DNA of 64,000 bases from Blasia pusilla (taxonomy: Eukaryota), in NCBI GenBank assembly GCA_050084515.1, contig CM114271.1:23374001-23438000 (forward strand). The letters run 5' to 3'. Numbering within the stretch: the first letter of the stretch is position 1; every line of letters starts with the position of its first letter. Positions 12,826 to 24,113 of the stretch are shown piece after piece. Both the position numbers and the translations under genes were made by a program. The notes beneath the pieces are model-generated. The model did no database searches, was not told where the DNA came from, and was given only the letters and a program-made list of their open reading frames with translations.

Positions 12826-15800
12826 CTAGTCTATGATTTCTTCAACCTCGTCATCTATAAATTTACTCCTAACTCTCCTCGGTGACAGTACCAAAGGAAT
12901 GTCCTGGGATTCAAGTGGCTCCTTTGGCCGATTGTAGACGGGGATCGAAAAAATGTTGGCGGTCGAGAGCCTTGGCCCCCCTAGGTACACCATAACGGTC
13001 CCATGTAACCTGTCTCGAGTCCCACCGCTTCCTCGGGCAGAGACCTTGTACGCTCGCAATGTGACACCCATCCAATATCAATATCCGCTCCGCCCCGGTA
13101 ATACCATTATGGCAACCGCACAGGTAGAAGGAATCCAACACGCCTCGAGAGAAGAAAAGAAGCCTCACGCCGCCTTTACGAGTTGAGGGAAGGTGCCAAG
13201 GAAGAAGCCCGCCAGATCGCCTCTTAAGTTGGACCAACAGGAAAGGGTCCGATCAGGCAACCTGTCGGAATCGCAGAGTTTCCCGGAGGTGGTAAAAGGG
13301 TGCGATGGTCAAAAGCGAAAAGTTGCAAGCGAGGAGAAACCGGACGGGTTGCAAAGTGGTCATAAAGTGAAAAGTTGCAAGCGAGGAGAAATCGGACGGG
13401 TTGCAAAATAGAAGTCCGTGGAGTACATAGACGATCACATTCGAAAAGACAAAAATGATCAGCAAACATTTACAAGCACCACCATCGTTGAAAAAAATCT
13501 TTTGCTTTATATCATCCGAAAAAGCTCTGAATCGACATTTGATCTATTCTATGAAATCTTTTGCCTCATTATCAAAAAACTCCCTACTCCAAACGCTGTA
13601 GTCAAGCTGGGTCGTTGAGTTCTTTGAACTCACTTGTCATCGTCCGAGAGCTCTTGCAAAATTACTTTCGGCCTTGCCCTCCCGATTTTTGGAATCGTTG
13701 GAAGTGACGATGGAGTCACTACCAACGGTGGGTGGGTGGGAACCGAGCTCGGCCGGTGGAGAGTTGTACACCCCAACAAGCCTTTCATATTCTGCCTTTG
13801 CCTCCTTGCAAAGGTCAAACAGTTCCTGCCTTCCCTCGAGGCAGAGAATGTTCCTGCCACTCTGCCAGGCGCCTTTGATACTTGCCCCTGAAAGTCCCAC
13901 TAAGTCAAACACCAAGTCACCGAGCCTTGAGCAGAGCTCGATGAGCGTTGCATCGTGGTCGGTGCAACTTTTCCTTCCTCCCGAAGTGGGGGTCTTGTCT
14001 TGCATGTAAATTCCGGGGAATTGTACAAACTATCTAAGTTGCACCCATCGAGCATCGATCCACAGGATCCCGGATCTTGAACACCTGGAAATTGTGCTCG
14101 GGCGAACGAAGCGAAGAGCGGGAGTGGTCCATCTCAGTAAATCAACACGTTGGAAACAATGTCGAAACTAAAGAAGTCGGCTTGAGAACATTTTCAATAA
14201 TCGACTTTGGATCAACTTTCGGAGTCGGATGGGTTGTTTTGTCCCGGACCAACCCGCCGCCTTCCGATGGGTTGGTCGTGACTAAAACAACCCGTTGGCT
14301 CCGTTTTTTGTCCGTGAGCAACCCGTCGGAAGCGCGACGGGTTCTTTCGCCTAGAGCAGCCCATGCTCGTTGAGAGCAACCCGTCGCTATCAGGACGGGT
14401 TGCATCCAAAACCAAAATCAACCGGGAAAAACCAAAAGCAAGCGCAACCCGCCGGTTCCGACGGGTTGCGTACACCGCGTTTTCCTGTGTATGTGGGAAA
14501 GATGCAACCCGTCGGAAACCGGCGTGTTGCTCTCACCGAGCACGGGCTGCTCTAAGCCAAAGCAACCGTCGCCTTCCGACGGGTTGCTCACAGACAAAAA
14601 CAACGGAGATATACTTCGAGAGTTGTTTTTGTCCATGAGCCTTATCCGAATTGAGCCTTATCCGAATCTGACTCGTCGCGGATCGGAGTGGATACTCGTT
14701 TTTGATGATCCACGATTGCGCCGTCCTCCACTTTAGCGACCTCTTGACGCACTGGAGGTTGAAGAGCTTGTCCTTGCTCCCTCCAGTCAACACCAAGAAG
14801 CAGCCCCTGTCACTCAGATAGGCGTCTGCAAAGGAGAACAAAAGCGCAATCTGGTCATAAGAGAGCGGCACATTCCACTCAGGTACCTCGTCCAACGGAT
14901 TCTCGCCCCGAAGTCGCAACCCCGAGAGCAGATCGGCGATCAAGAGATCCACCGCAACCTCTTCCACCACTCCATTCACCGTCCAGGCAGCGTGCCCGTT
15001 TCGTTGGAGCTTCCGTCCCAACGTTGTCAATTTTTCTATGGCTGGTGTCGACGCTTGAGAACTGAAGCTCTTCAACTCATCCAATAAAGGAGTGAATTGA
15101 AGGAGGACGCTTGTCCGGGTCGTTGTTTGTCTGTGTCTTCCCAAGGATGATGGACTGTATTCTCCTTGGGACAACCCGGGCACCTCTCGCTTCCGCTTCT
15201 CCCTAGCCTGGGGACGGCTTGTCGGGGTTTCTATGACCTCAGACTCTTGTGGCGTTTTTTTCGCCGAGGACGTGGTCCGACCCTCTCTCCCCGCTCGTCC
15301 GGACGATTCCGCCTCTGGCCTTGAATCTTCAGCCTCTCTTTGGGAAGACTCGGCCTCTGAATTTTTCCCTCCCCTCGCCTTGCCTTTGAGACCCGCTGTG
15401 GATTTGTCTTTGGCTGTGCGGACCTTGGAAGCCAACTCAACTGTCTCGTGGGCCTGCTCTTTTGCATCTCCTTTGAAGAAGTCTCCAGGCTGGACGAAAT
15501 TGGGGATGTCGTCTTTTCCTGAGGCCAGTGCATCATGAAGCACTCGTAAATCCTTATCGGTGATGTCTTCAGGGTCGTTGAAGTCGAGGCAAATGGGGCA
15601 ATTCTCCACCTCCCAATCGGACATGTCTTCGCCCCATCTCCATGTCGTACATGGAGAATGTCTCGCATCCGGCGCGGCCCACAATTTCAAGGCTACCGTA
15701 ATTTTCCCCACGCACTGCATTCTTACTTTGGACAAGGTACGAAGACCATCCGTTGGGCAGCTTTTAGTCGAACAGAATGAGCCGTCTGCTCTTGTCGATC

Positions 15801-18573
15801 TCGCTTCTTCTTCGCTTGATCCCGTTTGTTACCCTCTACTTCTTCTCAAGCTCTGCCTGAGGGAGGACACAAACCTTGAACATGGTCTTGAATCTTGGGT
15901 TTTTGGTTGGCTTGTCCCGGATGTCGTCGAGCCAAACCTCGAAATCTCCAGAACTTTCAAGGTTTGCTTCCGGCGGATGGGCTCTAATCTTCGAGCTCCG
16001 CTTGCGGGCCCAAAGACGGACTTCCCGATTACCCGCAACGCGTCCCATAACGACCATTCGCGTAGCCAGTGCGAGATCACTGGATCGGACACACCCGGAG
16101 GATGGTGTGCCGCCCTCTTCTGGGCCTCTGAGCCCTCGAGACTGATTTTCATCAGTCGTATCCTCCTAAACTCGCTTATCCGGACAATGCAAACCGATGC
16201 ACGCGATCCAGGGACACTTTCTCCCCAATCTGACCATGCGGATCTTCATCCCTTTTCCGCTGGCGCTTGATAATCGCCTTCAGCTCCTTGTAGAACTCCG
16301 GACCAAGTTTGGGGTTGAGAATGCTGATGTATCGCTGCATCTTGCTCGCCGTGTATTTCGTTGCTGCAGATACTGCAGCTTGGATGAATTTGGCGCGCTC
16401 AGACGCAGATACCTTCTCCCTCCGCTCCAGCTCTAGTGCAGCGCTTTTCTTCGCGGCGTGTATCTTTGACCAGCAAAGGATGGTTATGGCTGCATCTTGG
16501 GAAATAAACTTATTTGCCCAAGTTTTCTTTTTAATCTGAGCACCCTTTGCAAGCATCTGATTGACAAGGGTATCGCCCAAGAACCCCGTGTACTCTCCCG
16601 GGTGCGTCGTAAGCACCTTCCTCACCCGATCGCAGTCCTAGATCCAGTGGTGGGTGACATTCCCCTCCGATACAATCTTGCACATCCAAACTCAACCCGT
16701 CAGGAAATTACATGGGTTCCTGCAGCCCGGCCGGACTCCGGACGGTCGCCATGACTCAGGTCGGATTCTAGCAACGAAGCTAAATGATGCAACCCGTCGG
16801 AGTCCGACGGATTGCATTCAGATTTGCTAATGCGTGGTAAGCAAACCGTCGAGTCCGACGGGTTGCTCGACAGGCCGCCTTGTCAAGATGATTTTTGAAG
16901 AATGCAACTCATCGGACTTCCACGAGTTGTTCGAGTGACTGCAGGTTTAGAAGGTTTTTTCCCCAAAGCAACCCGTCGAGTCCGACGGGTTGCTTGCCTC
17001 GAAGGTGTTTTTCCCCAAAGCAACCCGTCGGACTCCGACGGGTTGCTTTGGGGAAAACCCTTCTAAACCTGCAGTCACTCGAACAACTCGTCGGAGTCCG
17101 ACGAGTTGCATTCTTCAAAACATCTCGAAACGGGTTGTCAAGCAACCCGTCGGACTCGACGGTTTGCTTTGGGCCAAAAACTAGTTAAATCTATGGTCAA
17201 TCAAACAACTCGTCGGAGTTTGACGAGTTGTATTCTTAAAAAAACATCCAAAAAAGCGTGCAGTCGAGCAACCCGTCGGAGTCCGACGAGTTGCTTTCGG
17301 AAAAAAATAAACCTAACCCATTCATCAATCGAGCAACTCATCGGAGTCCGACGAGTTGCGTAAGTGTTAAAGATACTCACGTGTTCATGGCATGCATTGC
17401 CATCTCCACCGTCGCCATGTGATGAGGGAATGGGTGAAGGACCACTGCCTTCACGCAGAAATGTGCCTCCAATGAGTTGGGCCGCTCCTGCGCAAACTTG
17501 GTCCACGCCATGAACCTGTGATTTCCATCCCAGATGAAGAAATGCAGATTCCTCATTCAGCTGAATTCGGTGCCCTCAATTTGCCTTCTGAAATCCTGGT
17601 CTCGCATCCTCCAGAATGTGTCGAGCTTTTCCAAGTCCTCCTTGGTAACCAGAGCTTGGGTTCCATGCTCGTCGTAAGGCTGAACAAAGAAGGGAGGAAA
17701 GTTGTCGACGTAGGATGTTGTCGCCGCCGATTGTTTAAGCTTCGCGATGTCCTCGTCGGACTGAATTTCGCGGACGTATTCCATTGTCCACAATCGGCAG
17801 AGTGGAATCCTCGGGGCGTTGTGGCCCTCCATGAGTGCCATCGGCTTTACCACCTGTCAGAACCGGGACAAGATGAATAAGCTACACTGAATTCCCAATG
17901 AATTGCAATTCACATAATTCAAAAAACCCATATCCTCTCTTACCCGCTCGAAAATGGGGTCGGTTTCTTGACCAGCTAACTTGTCTGAGACAGAAGCTGG
18001 CAAATCGACTGGGAACTCGTCGATCTGATAGAGGTCGATGTCCTCCGCCGGGCTTGGAGTCGAGAATGACCGCTCTCCGGCTTCTTCGGCCATGTCCACC
18101 ATCTCCACGCTGGCGGTCCTCATGACCTCGTCGTCATCGATTTCAACTTCTCGCGTTTCCACTATGTTGATTGTGTCCCCGGACTTTGTGGGGGACATTT
18201 CCCGCATCTCAACACTTGTGGTTGGACGGGTTGGGCTATCGTCAATGGCTATCGCTTTTTCCCTCCTCGCTTTAGCCAATTCTGCCCTCCTCACCGACGC
18301 GTCCAAACGCTTCTTTTCTCTCCTTTCGTCGGCGATCCTTTTCTTCAAGGCCTGCGACGTCTCAGCCTCTACGTTCTGTTTATCTAGTGCCTCTTGAACA
18401 CGTCTCGTAAGAAGCACTTTGTTGTGCATCTCCGCTTCCCTTTCCCGCTCCTCGATTTCCTGCTGCCTAATTTCATTCGCCGAACGAGGCCTAGGAGAAG
18501 CTGACGCAAGAGTCCTAATGGACTTCGGAGTGAAGCTCCCGCACTTGTTGGCTTGTGATTTTTTCCTCGTCAT
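12826..18573 (-). pseudogene. Cargo gene: coiled-coil + ParB-like (WDGNHR) domain + helical region + beta-class N4/N6 DNA methyltransferase-like domain, 5 exons (full extent, disrupted)
   Basis: ATG at 18573 (MTRKKSQ; MMRKKTQ in copy D). Introns 17943-17854 and 17380-~16678 sit at the same positions in copy D. HFFIWDGNHRFMAW, with WDGNHR at 17532-17515. VDLLIADLLSG at ~14920-14955, and IELCSRLGDLVFDLVGLSGASIKGAW in ORF 13637-14005. TGG>TGA stop at 17557, several indels, one splice donor mutated GT>AT. Confidence 0.75.
16785..17360. repeat. Palindrome array and nested hairpins in cargo-gene intron 2 (copy B)
   Basis: Perfect 24-bp-arm palindrome at 17009-17057 (TTTTCCCCAAAGCAACCCGTCGGA-C-TCCGACGGGTTGCTTTGGGGAAAA). 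~100-bp inverted arms span 16893-17120. Confidence 0.9.
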
Positions 18574-18863
18574 TTTTTTTCCGGAAATGCCTCCACCTAT
18601 GTCCACGATTTAATCCCTTGATCGTCGCCTTTGCTGATGTCTAGATGGGGAGCTCAAATCGCCTTGATGGGTAGCTCGAATCGTCCCGCGATCGCTCATT
18701 CGAACCGTCTCGCTGTCGTTCGGTCGAACGGTCTCGCTCTCGTTCCCTCCTATCGACTCGCGATGTGTCGCCGTGTGAAATGCCCTTCAGATCGATCACT
18801 GCCGCTGGGAGAGTGAGGAATGAAGATCGCAAAATGAGAAACCGAAATGAGTGATTTCTGCCC

Positions 18864-18871
18864 TATTTATA
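18864..18871 (-). promoter_or_regulatory. Putative TATA box of cargo gene (TATAAATA)
   Basis: Conserved in context in copy D (TATAAAA on minus strand, 41412-41418). Upstream of the cargo ATG. Confidence 0.45.
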
Positions 18872-18954
18872 CTTTTCTAGCCGTTGGGTGACGTTGGGTC
18901 CCGTCGTCCTTTCGACGGCGGCGCGCCGGATGTTACGGAAGTCCGGCGTGAAAA

Positions 18955-19670
18955 ATGGCAACCCGTCGAGTCCGACAGTTGCGCGCTCCGCCATCTCCGG
19001 TACGCCGCCACGTGCGCGAGCAACCCGTCGAGACCGACGGGTTGAGCGCTCCGTCGTCTTTGAAATGAACGCGAGGTACCCACGCAACCCGTCGGAGACC
19101 GACATGTTGCGCGCCTCCGCCATCCTGGGTACGTTGCCACGTGCGCGAGAAACCCGTCGGAGACCGACGGGTTGAGCGCCTCCGTCATCTTCAGAAAAGA
19201 ACGCGAGGTACCCGCGCAACCCGTCGGAGACCGACATGTTACGCGCCTCCGCCGTGTTTGGGACGGGAACGGGACGTATCTTGGGCAATCCGTCGGAGAC
19301 CATTGGGTTGCACGCTTCCCTCATCAAGTGTTAAGAACGAGGGCTTCCCGTGCAAGTTGTCGGAGTCTGGCTGGCTGCACCACAAGGCGATGCCCTTGCG
19401 CCACCCGTTGGAGGGCGACGGGTTGCACGCCTCGCCGTCTTTGGGCAAAAAGGTGAGGCACCCGCGGAACTCGTCAGGAACAGACGGTTTGCACGCCTCC
19501 GGCATCTTCGGGCAAGAACGAGCGGTATCCGAGCAACTCGTCGGAGAGCGACAGGTTGCTCGCTTCGACAATGTTTTGCAGAAGCGTGCAACCCGTCCGA
19601 TGCCGACGGGTTGCAGGCTTCGGTTAGCTCCGGGTAATTTTTGAGTTACCAGGACTCCGACGGGTTCCAA
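18955..19670. repeat. ~60-66-bp tandem minisatellite built on the palindrome, between the two divergent genes (copy B)
   Basis: Recurring GCAACCCGTCGGAGACCGACGGGTTG followed by related spacers (CGCCTCCGCC..CGAGGTACCC). Confidence 0.85.
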
Positions 19671-19823
19671 GTGTGATGCGCAACCCTCTGCTTCCCAAAT
19701 CCGGTGACATATTGCAACAAAATTGAATGTGTTACAGAATTGGATCCATTGTGTTAGACAATGTCACCCACCGAATTCATCTTGTCAATAAAAATCTGTC
19801 AGGAGTATCTGTTTCCTATTCAC

Positions 19824-19831
19824 TATAAATT
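19824..19831 (+). promoter_or_regulatory. Putative TATA box of transposase (TATAAATT)
   Basis: TATTCACTATAAATTAA is identical in copy D (42511-42527). Followed by (ATTCTC)n and an ATG ~60 bp downstream. Confidence 0.5.
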
Positions 19832-19887
19832 AAAAATTCTCATTCTCATTCTCATTCTCAGTCTCCTCCCGTTGGAATCTTCTTGGA

Positions 19888-22800
19888 ATGGATAATTATG
19901 TTAAGCTCACTTGTGGCAGTCATCTGGCGGCCTTTCCTCAATCAGAAATCATTCGACCCCAAGCTCGTAAGTCTTTCATGGTAGTGGATGAAAATTTTCT
20001 GTCTGTTCGATTTGTTCTCCAAATTGGAACCATCTTTGTATCCAAAGATGTTAGGTGGACGGTGCACGGAAGACATAATAGGTGAGATGGTCCAGCCAAG
20101 TGACCTCGCACCGTAAAGTATGGAATCTCCTACCTCTAGCAAATGGTCAATACAGAGTTAACGGCCCGCCCTCGAATTCGTCATTTCCCAAGTAGACGGT
20201 CTAGAATTTCCTAGTGCTCCGAGCTCTACGTTTGCAACTCCAAGCTCTGCAGATCCGGCTTCAACTCCAACTTTGCACGCTCGTAACAATGTTGTTCTTC
20301 CTGAAGAGATTTCGGATGTTATCAACCTCAGTGGATCCGCTTCGGACACCAATCGGGCCCTCTGTCGCCTACTGTTCCTCTTGCAGTATCAGGCAATAGT
20401 TTGCTTTCGTCTCGGCCTTGAAAATGTTCAAGCACATTCTTGTCGACGAGCTGCCGCCCACGTATGATGGTAATTGCATTTTTGAGTTGCCTCCACTTGC
20501 TGCTCTTGCTCAAAAGAAGGATGGAGGACGCATGAAGGGTATGGACAAAAAGTCTGATTGTCATTGATGGTGTAGGCTTCAACGGACTAGTGCTTCAATT
20601 CCAGATGGTCCTTGGATTGTCTCCTACCGCCAATGCGTGGGAGCCTTGGAGTGTAGAAGTCCAGCATGCCCGTATCTAGAGCGCAACGGGCGAGTCAATA
20701 CGTCGCAATTCCCTCCCAAGAATGCAGATACTCCATACGAGGTCGGTGCCACCATACCGCCGGGAGGCCATCGATGTCCTCATTGTCGTCGCATCGCCCT
20801 TCGCGTTGGAGCGTGTCCTGCATACATATTTTTCATTGTCCACGACTTGGGCTCCACGTCAGAGTATACAAGACTGGCAGTCCATGTTGGCTCCCACACT
20901 CATCCTGTGACCGATGCAATTCAAAGACACATCAAGGAGGATGTGGCGAAGAAAGTAGTCGAGGTCTACAAAAACTCTCCTGGTTCAAAGCCCGGAGTGA
21001 TCAAGCTCACAATGGCATCACAAATTTGTGAACAATTGCTTGGAATCCCTGGACAGGGCGAGATTATGGCGGTTGAGGAGAAACAACTCTGGGAGAATCT
21101 CGCATTTCTCGCTGATCGTGAATGCTTCCGGAATTTGCCGCGTCAAATACGAGTTTTGGATGGAAAGACGGCCGAAATGGATGCCATCGCCAGAATCAAG
21201 GCCAACTCCAGATTTCCATTCATTCAGAGATGGCAGTTCATGCGCCAAGGAGGCGAGGGATCGAGGGCCTATGTCTTCAAAATATCAACCACAGGTCCGT
21301 TGAGTGACCTCGATCTAATAGATCAAATGAGGGAAGGGGAAGATCTTTACGGGAGTTGGGTAAGCTTTGATATTTGCTACAGAGTGTTGAATGGATGGTT
21401 GACGATGGGTGCTCACGTTTATGACCATGTGGAGAAGGGACTCAAAACTATATTTTTCTGTGAAGTAAAGGCAGAAGACGTTGGCAGTTTGAAGATGTGC
21501 TGGTTACTCTTATTGGAGGTGGTGAAGGAAAACAAAAGGCCACCTCCGGAAATTTATGGGTTCATGGCAGACAATGCACAACTTGGGTGGATTGCTATCC
21601 GGGAAGTGTTCTCGGGTGGAGAGGTTCAACCGGAGAGGGAAAGGTCGGATGCTTTCCATTGGCAACAGTCTGTGACCCGGTACACCAAATCTTGCATCAA
21701 GGAGAATAAGAGGACAAAGCATGTGACTCTACTCCAACGCTGCAAGGACAGAAAAACCTTGAAGCAGGCCATGGAATGCCAGGAAGAACTTCATGGGTGG
21801 TGGAGGAAGCATGCGATTGAGGGGAAGTACAAAGAGTTGTGCTCTTGGTTGAGTTGGTGGATCAGACGTATGAGACAATGGGGAAACTTCATGTGGCAGG
21901 TGAGTTCACTATTTTGTCTTGTCAAGCTCACGCTGAGAATTTTTTGTAAAGTTGTAGCTCAGGGTGAGAAGCGTGGGAACTATATGGATTTCAAACCCAA
22001 GAAACCAAGCAAGCTGTCGGATGCGACGGGTTGCCCGAGTGTGCAACCCGACGGAAACCGACGGGTTGCATCTAGATGTTTGGTGCAACCGGAGTGTGCA
22101 ACCCGTCGGGACCCGACGGGTCACAGAGTCGTTCATGGGATGCCTCGGCCTTGCAACCCATCCAGTTCCGACGGGTTGCAGTAGGTGGGTTTAAGGTTAC
22201 AACACGTCGGGACCCGACGGGTCGCATAGTCGTTCATGGGATATCTCGGGCCTACAACCCATCTGGTTTCGACAGGTCGCTTATTTCTTTGACTCCTGAG
22301 TTATTTTTGTTCCCTTCTAACATTGCCGTCGTTGCAGGGATTGAACGTTCATGAAAATGCCCTCTGCCCCAACACAAGTGGAGCAGAAAGTGTTCATTCC
22401 TCTTGGAGGTCGTCACAAGCATGCCAACGAATTTCACTTGTGGAGGCATGCCAACAAGACCAGGCAAGAGCAATGCTATAGTTTGCAACATCCCATATCT
22501 TCCTCACAAAAGGCATAACAAAAGGAAAGGGGCGGTCGATCTACGAGCTCTATGTCAAGGCGGCTGTGAGATCTGGTGATGAAAAAATGTATGTCGAAGC
22601 CTTCAACCGGTGCGTAGCTGGAACTCCCCTCGAGCAAGACGTACACATTGGTGGGGATATTTGTGGGCAGATTTCAAGACGTCCCATACAGATGGTGGTA
22701 GAGCAGTCCGAACGAGACTCGTGGAGATCAGATAAGTATCTTGACTTCAGACAGGTGAAGAGGCAGCATCGAGGAACGAATCCGGTGATTGATTTGGATG

Positions 22801-23349
22801 AGGAAATTACACCGCCGAGGTATTCGGGGACCCCGGACCCGTCCCAAATCCGTGATGGAGTTACTCCTCCAAAATCAGTGAATGTTTTATTTCAAAAGCC
22901 CTCCGTTGCTGGAAGTTTGCAACATCCTGTCATTGGGGTGGTTCAACAATATGGGATTCCGGTAATGGAGGTGGATTGCAACCTAAAACGGTGGCATATA
23001 TCTCGGAGCAACCCAGGACGTGGACCCACCTGTAGGGCAGGATCTGATGGCATTAGGAGAGCATGCGGCACTTTCCTAAATAAGAATCTGACAAGGATCG
23101 GACGACCATCGCTGGGTTTTGGGGACTCAAAACCTTTGATCGTTTCACGAGGACGGGGATTAATTGAAGTACTTCTTACGCCCAAATGAATCTTGCGCTT
23201 TCGAAGTCTTATCCGCCGCCATAGGAGCTCCGAGAATACCCCCACGATTTGGCCCATCGCCGCAGGCACGAACTGCACTCAAGACGAAGTGGACAATCTT
23301 ACAAGTGCCGGTTTCAGACTCGTAGACGGGGGAAGTTTGGAGCATGTTC
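19888..23349 (+). pseudogene. Mutator-like (MULE) DDE transposase, copy B (3'-truncated; intron 21900-22337)
   Basis: Cys/His DNA-binding module (CVGALECRSPACPY..CPHC..CPA..HVGSHTHP, GCM/WRKY-like). Catalytic D in VSFD (21369), D in MADNA (21570), DAFHW at the C/DxxH position. After splicing, NTSGAESVHSSW supplies the E (22386), matching the MULE TNNxxESxH pattern. Confidence 0.8.
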
Positions 23350-24025
23350 AGGTCAGGGTCATTCATCACTGGCCGAGGATTTGGATTGTAGGATCCGAGG
23401 TCAAGGATGTTTTTGGGAGATGCCGCAAGTAGTACGACACTTGCAAGAGAGTCAAACATGTTCTCCAGCGTACATTTTGGAGAACGTGCCATTGTTGGGA
23501 GACACTCGTGCACGTGTGATGACGAGTGTGTATTAGGTGAGGTCTTGGTTGGGACTTGCTGTGTTGCTGGATGCAACGAGAGTTGGATCACGTGCCCATC
23601 GTCCTCGACTGTGGTGGACAAACCTGATACCATCAAAGGTACTGAGTCGAGCATATGATGGAGTCCAGAGAGCACCACATCTCAGGGCGTCAATCTTAGG
23701 TGGTGACGCGGGATGATAGACCACCGTTGGTGATGGCAAATAGGGTGGGGGAGTTGAGGGCAACCTTACCCAGGTTGGTGAGCTTCCCAGCATCCCATGC
23801 CTTTTGTCAGGGAGGGCCATGCATGATTTGGGATGAGGTGACCTGAGCATTAGAGGAGCCTATAGCAGATGAGCACGAGCGCGTCATGGGGTTCGCTACG
23901 GGTACTACGGCGGTGCCAAGGATGGCTGAGGCATCCCGGAGACAGGTGTTGGGGTAGGCGATGGACCTCAACTATCTCACATGGATAGTCAACCTAGGTA
24001 TGGCTGAGCAGAGACGGATGCAAGT
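23350..24025 (+). pseudogene. C5 cytosine DNA methyltransferase domain (DNMT3-like), N-terminally truncated, belonging to a Gypsy pol region
   Basis: In correct order: QGHS..GRGFGL*DPRSRMFWEM (end of motif IV, motif V), YILENV (VI, 23480), GSRAHRPRLWWTNL (VIII, 23585-23626), EHERVMGFATGTT (IX, ~23872), RRQVLG*AMD (X, ~23938). Confidence 0.85.
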
Positions 24026-24113
24026 GTAATCCATGCCATCACGTCCACAAGTTGGACCATTGCCTACAAGGTGTGTACATGCATTGGCTATGGGCGAGAC
24101 GAGGAGAGATAGG

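Larger units (their letters stand above)
11817..23349 (+). mobile_element. MULE-MTase element copy B (left terminus through most of the transposase; right end deleted)
   Basis: Terminus GGGGGCTGGTATTCTGGCAGGAGAGAGTAAGAGAGGAGAGGAAGAG at 11817. Carries the cargo gene (-) and transposase (+). Homology to copy D stops abruptly at GGAGCATGTTC (23349 = 46131). Confidence 0.85.

Noticed and set aside
12826-18573. Bacterial or phage contamination as the source of the ParB-MTase gene
   Set aside because: The gene has GT-AG introns conserved between copies, sits in a eukaryotic MULE, is nested with Gypsy elements and is contiguous with a plant APY7 gene.
18863-19670. Many short ORFs with ATRRxPTGC / QPVG / NPS peptides (also near 1.4-1.8, 14.1-14.7, 16.9-17.4, 41.4-42.1 and 44.1-45.1 kb)
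   Set aside because: They are translations of the GC-rich palindromic repeat on both strands, not genes.
20637-22184. 515-aa ORF as a complete protein
   Set aside because: It is an internal transposase segment. Everything after 21899 is intron read-through, and the catalytic E lies in the next exon.
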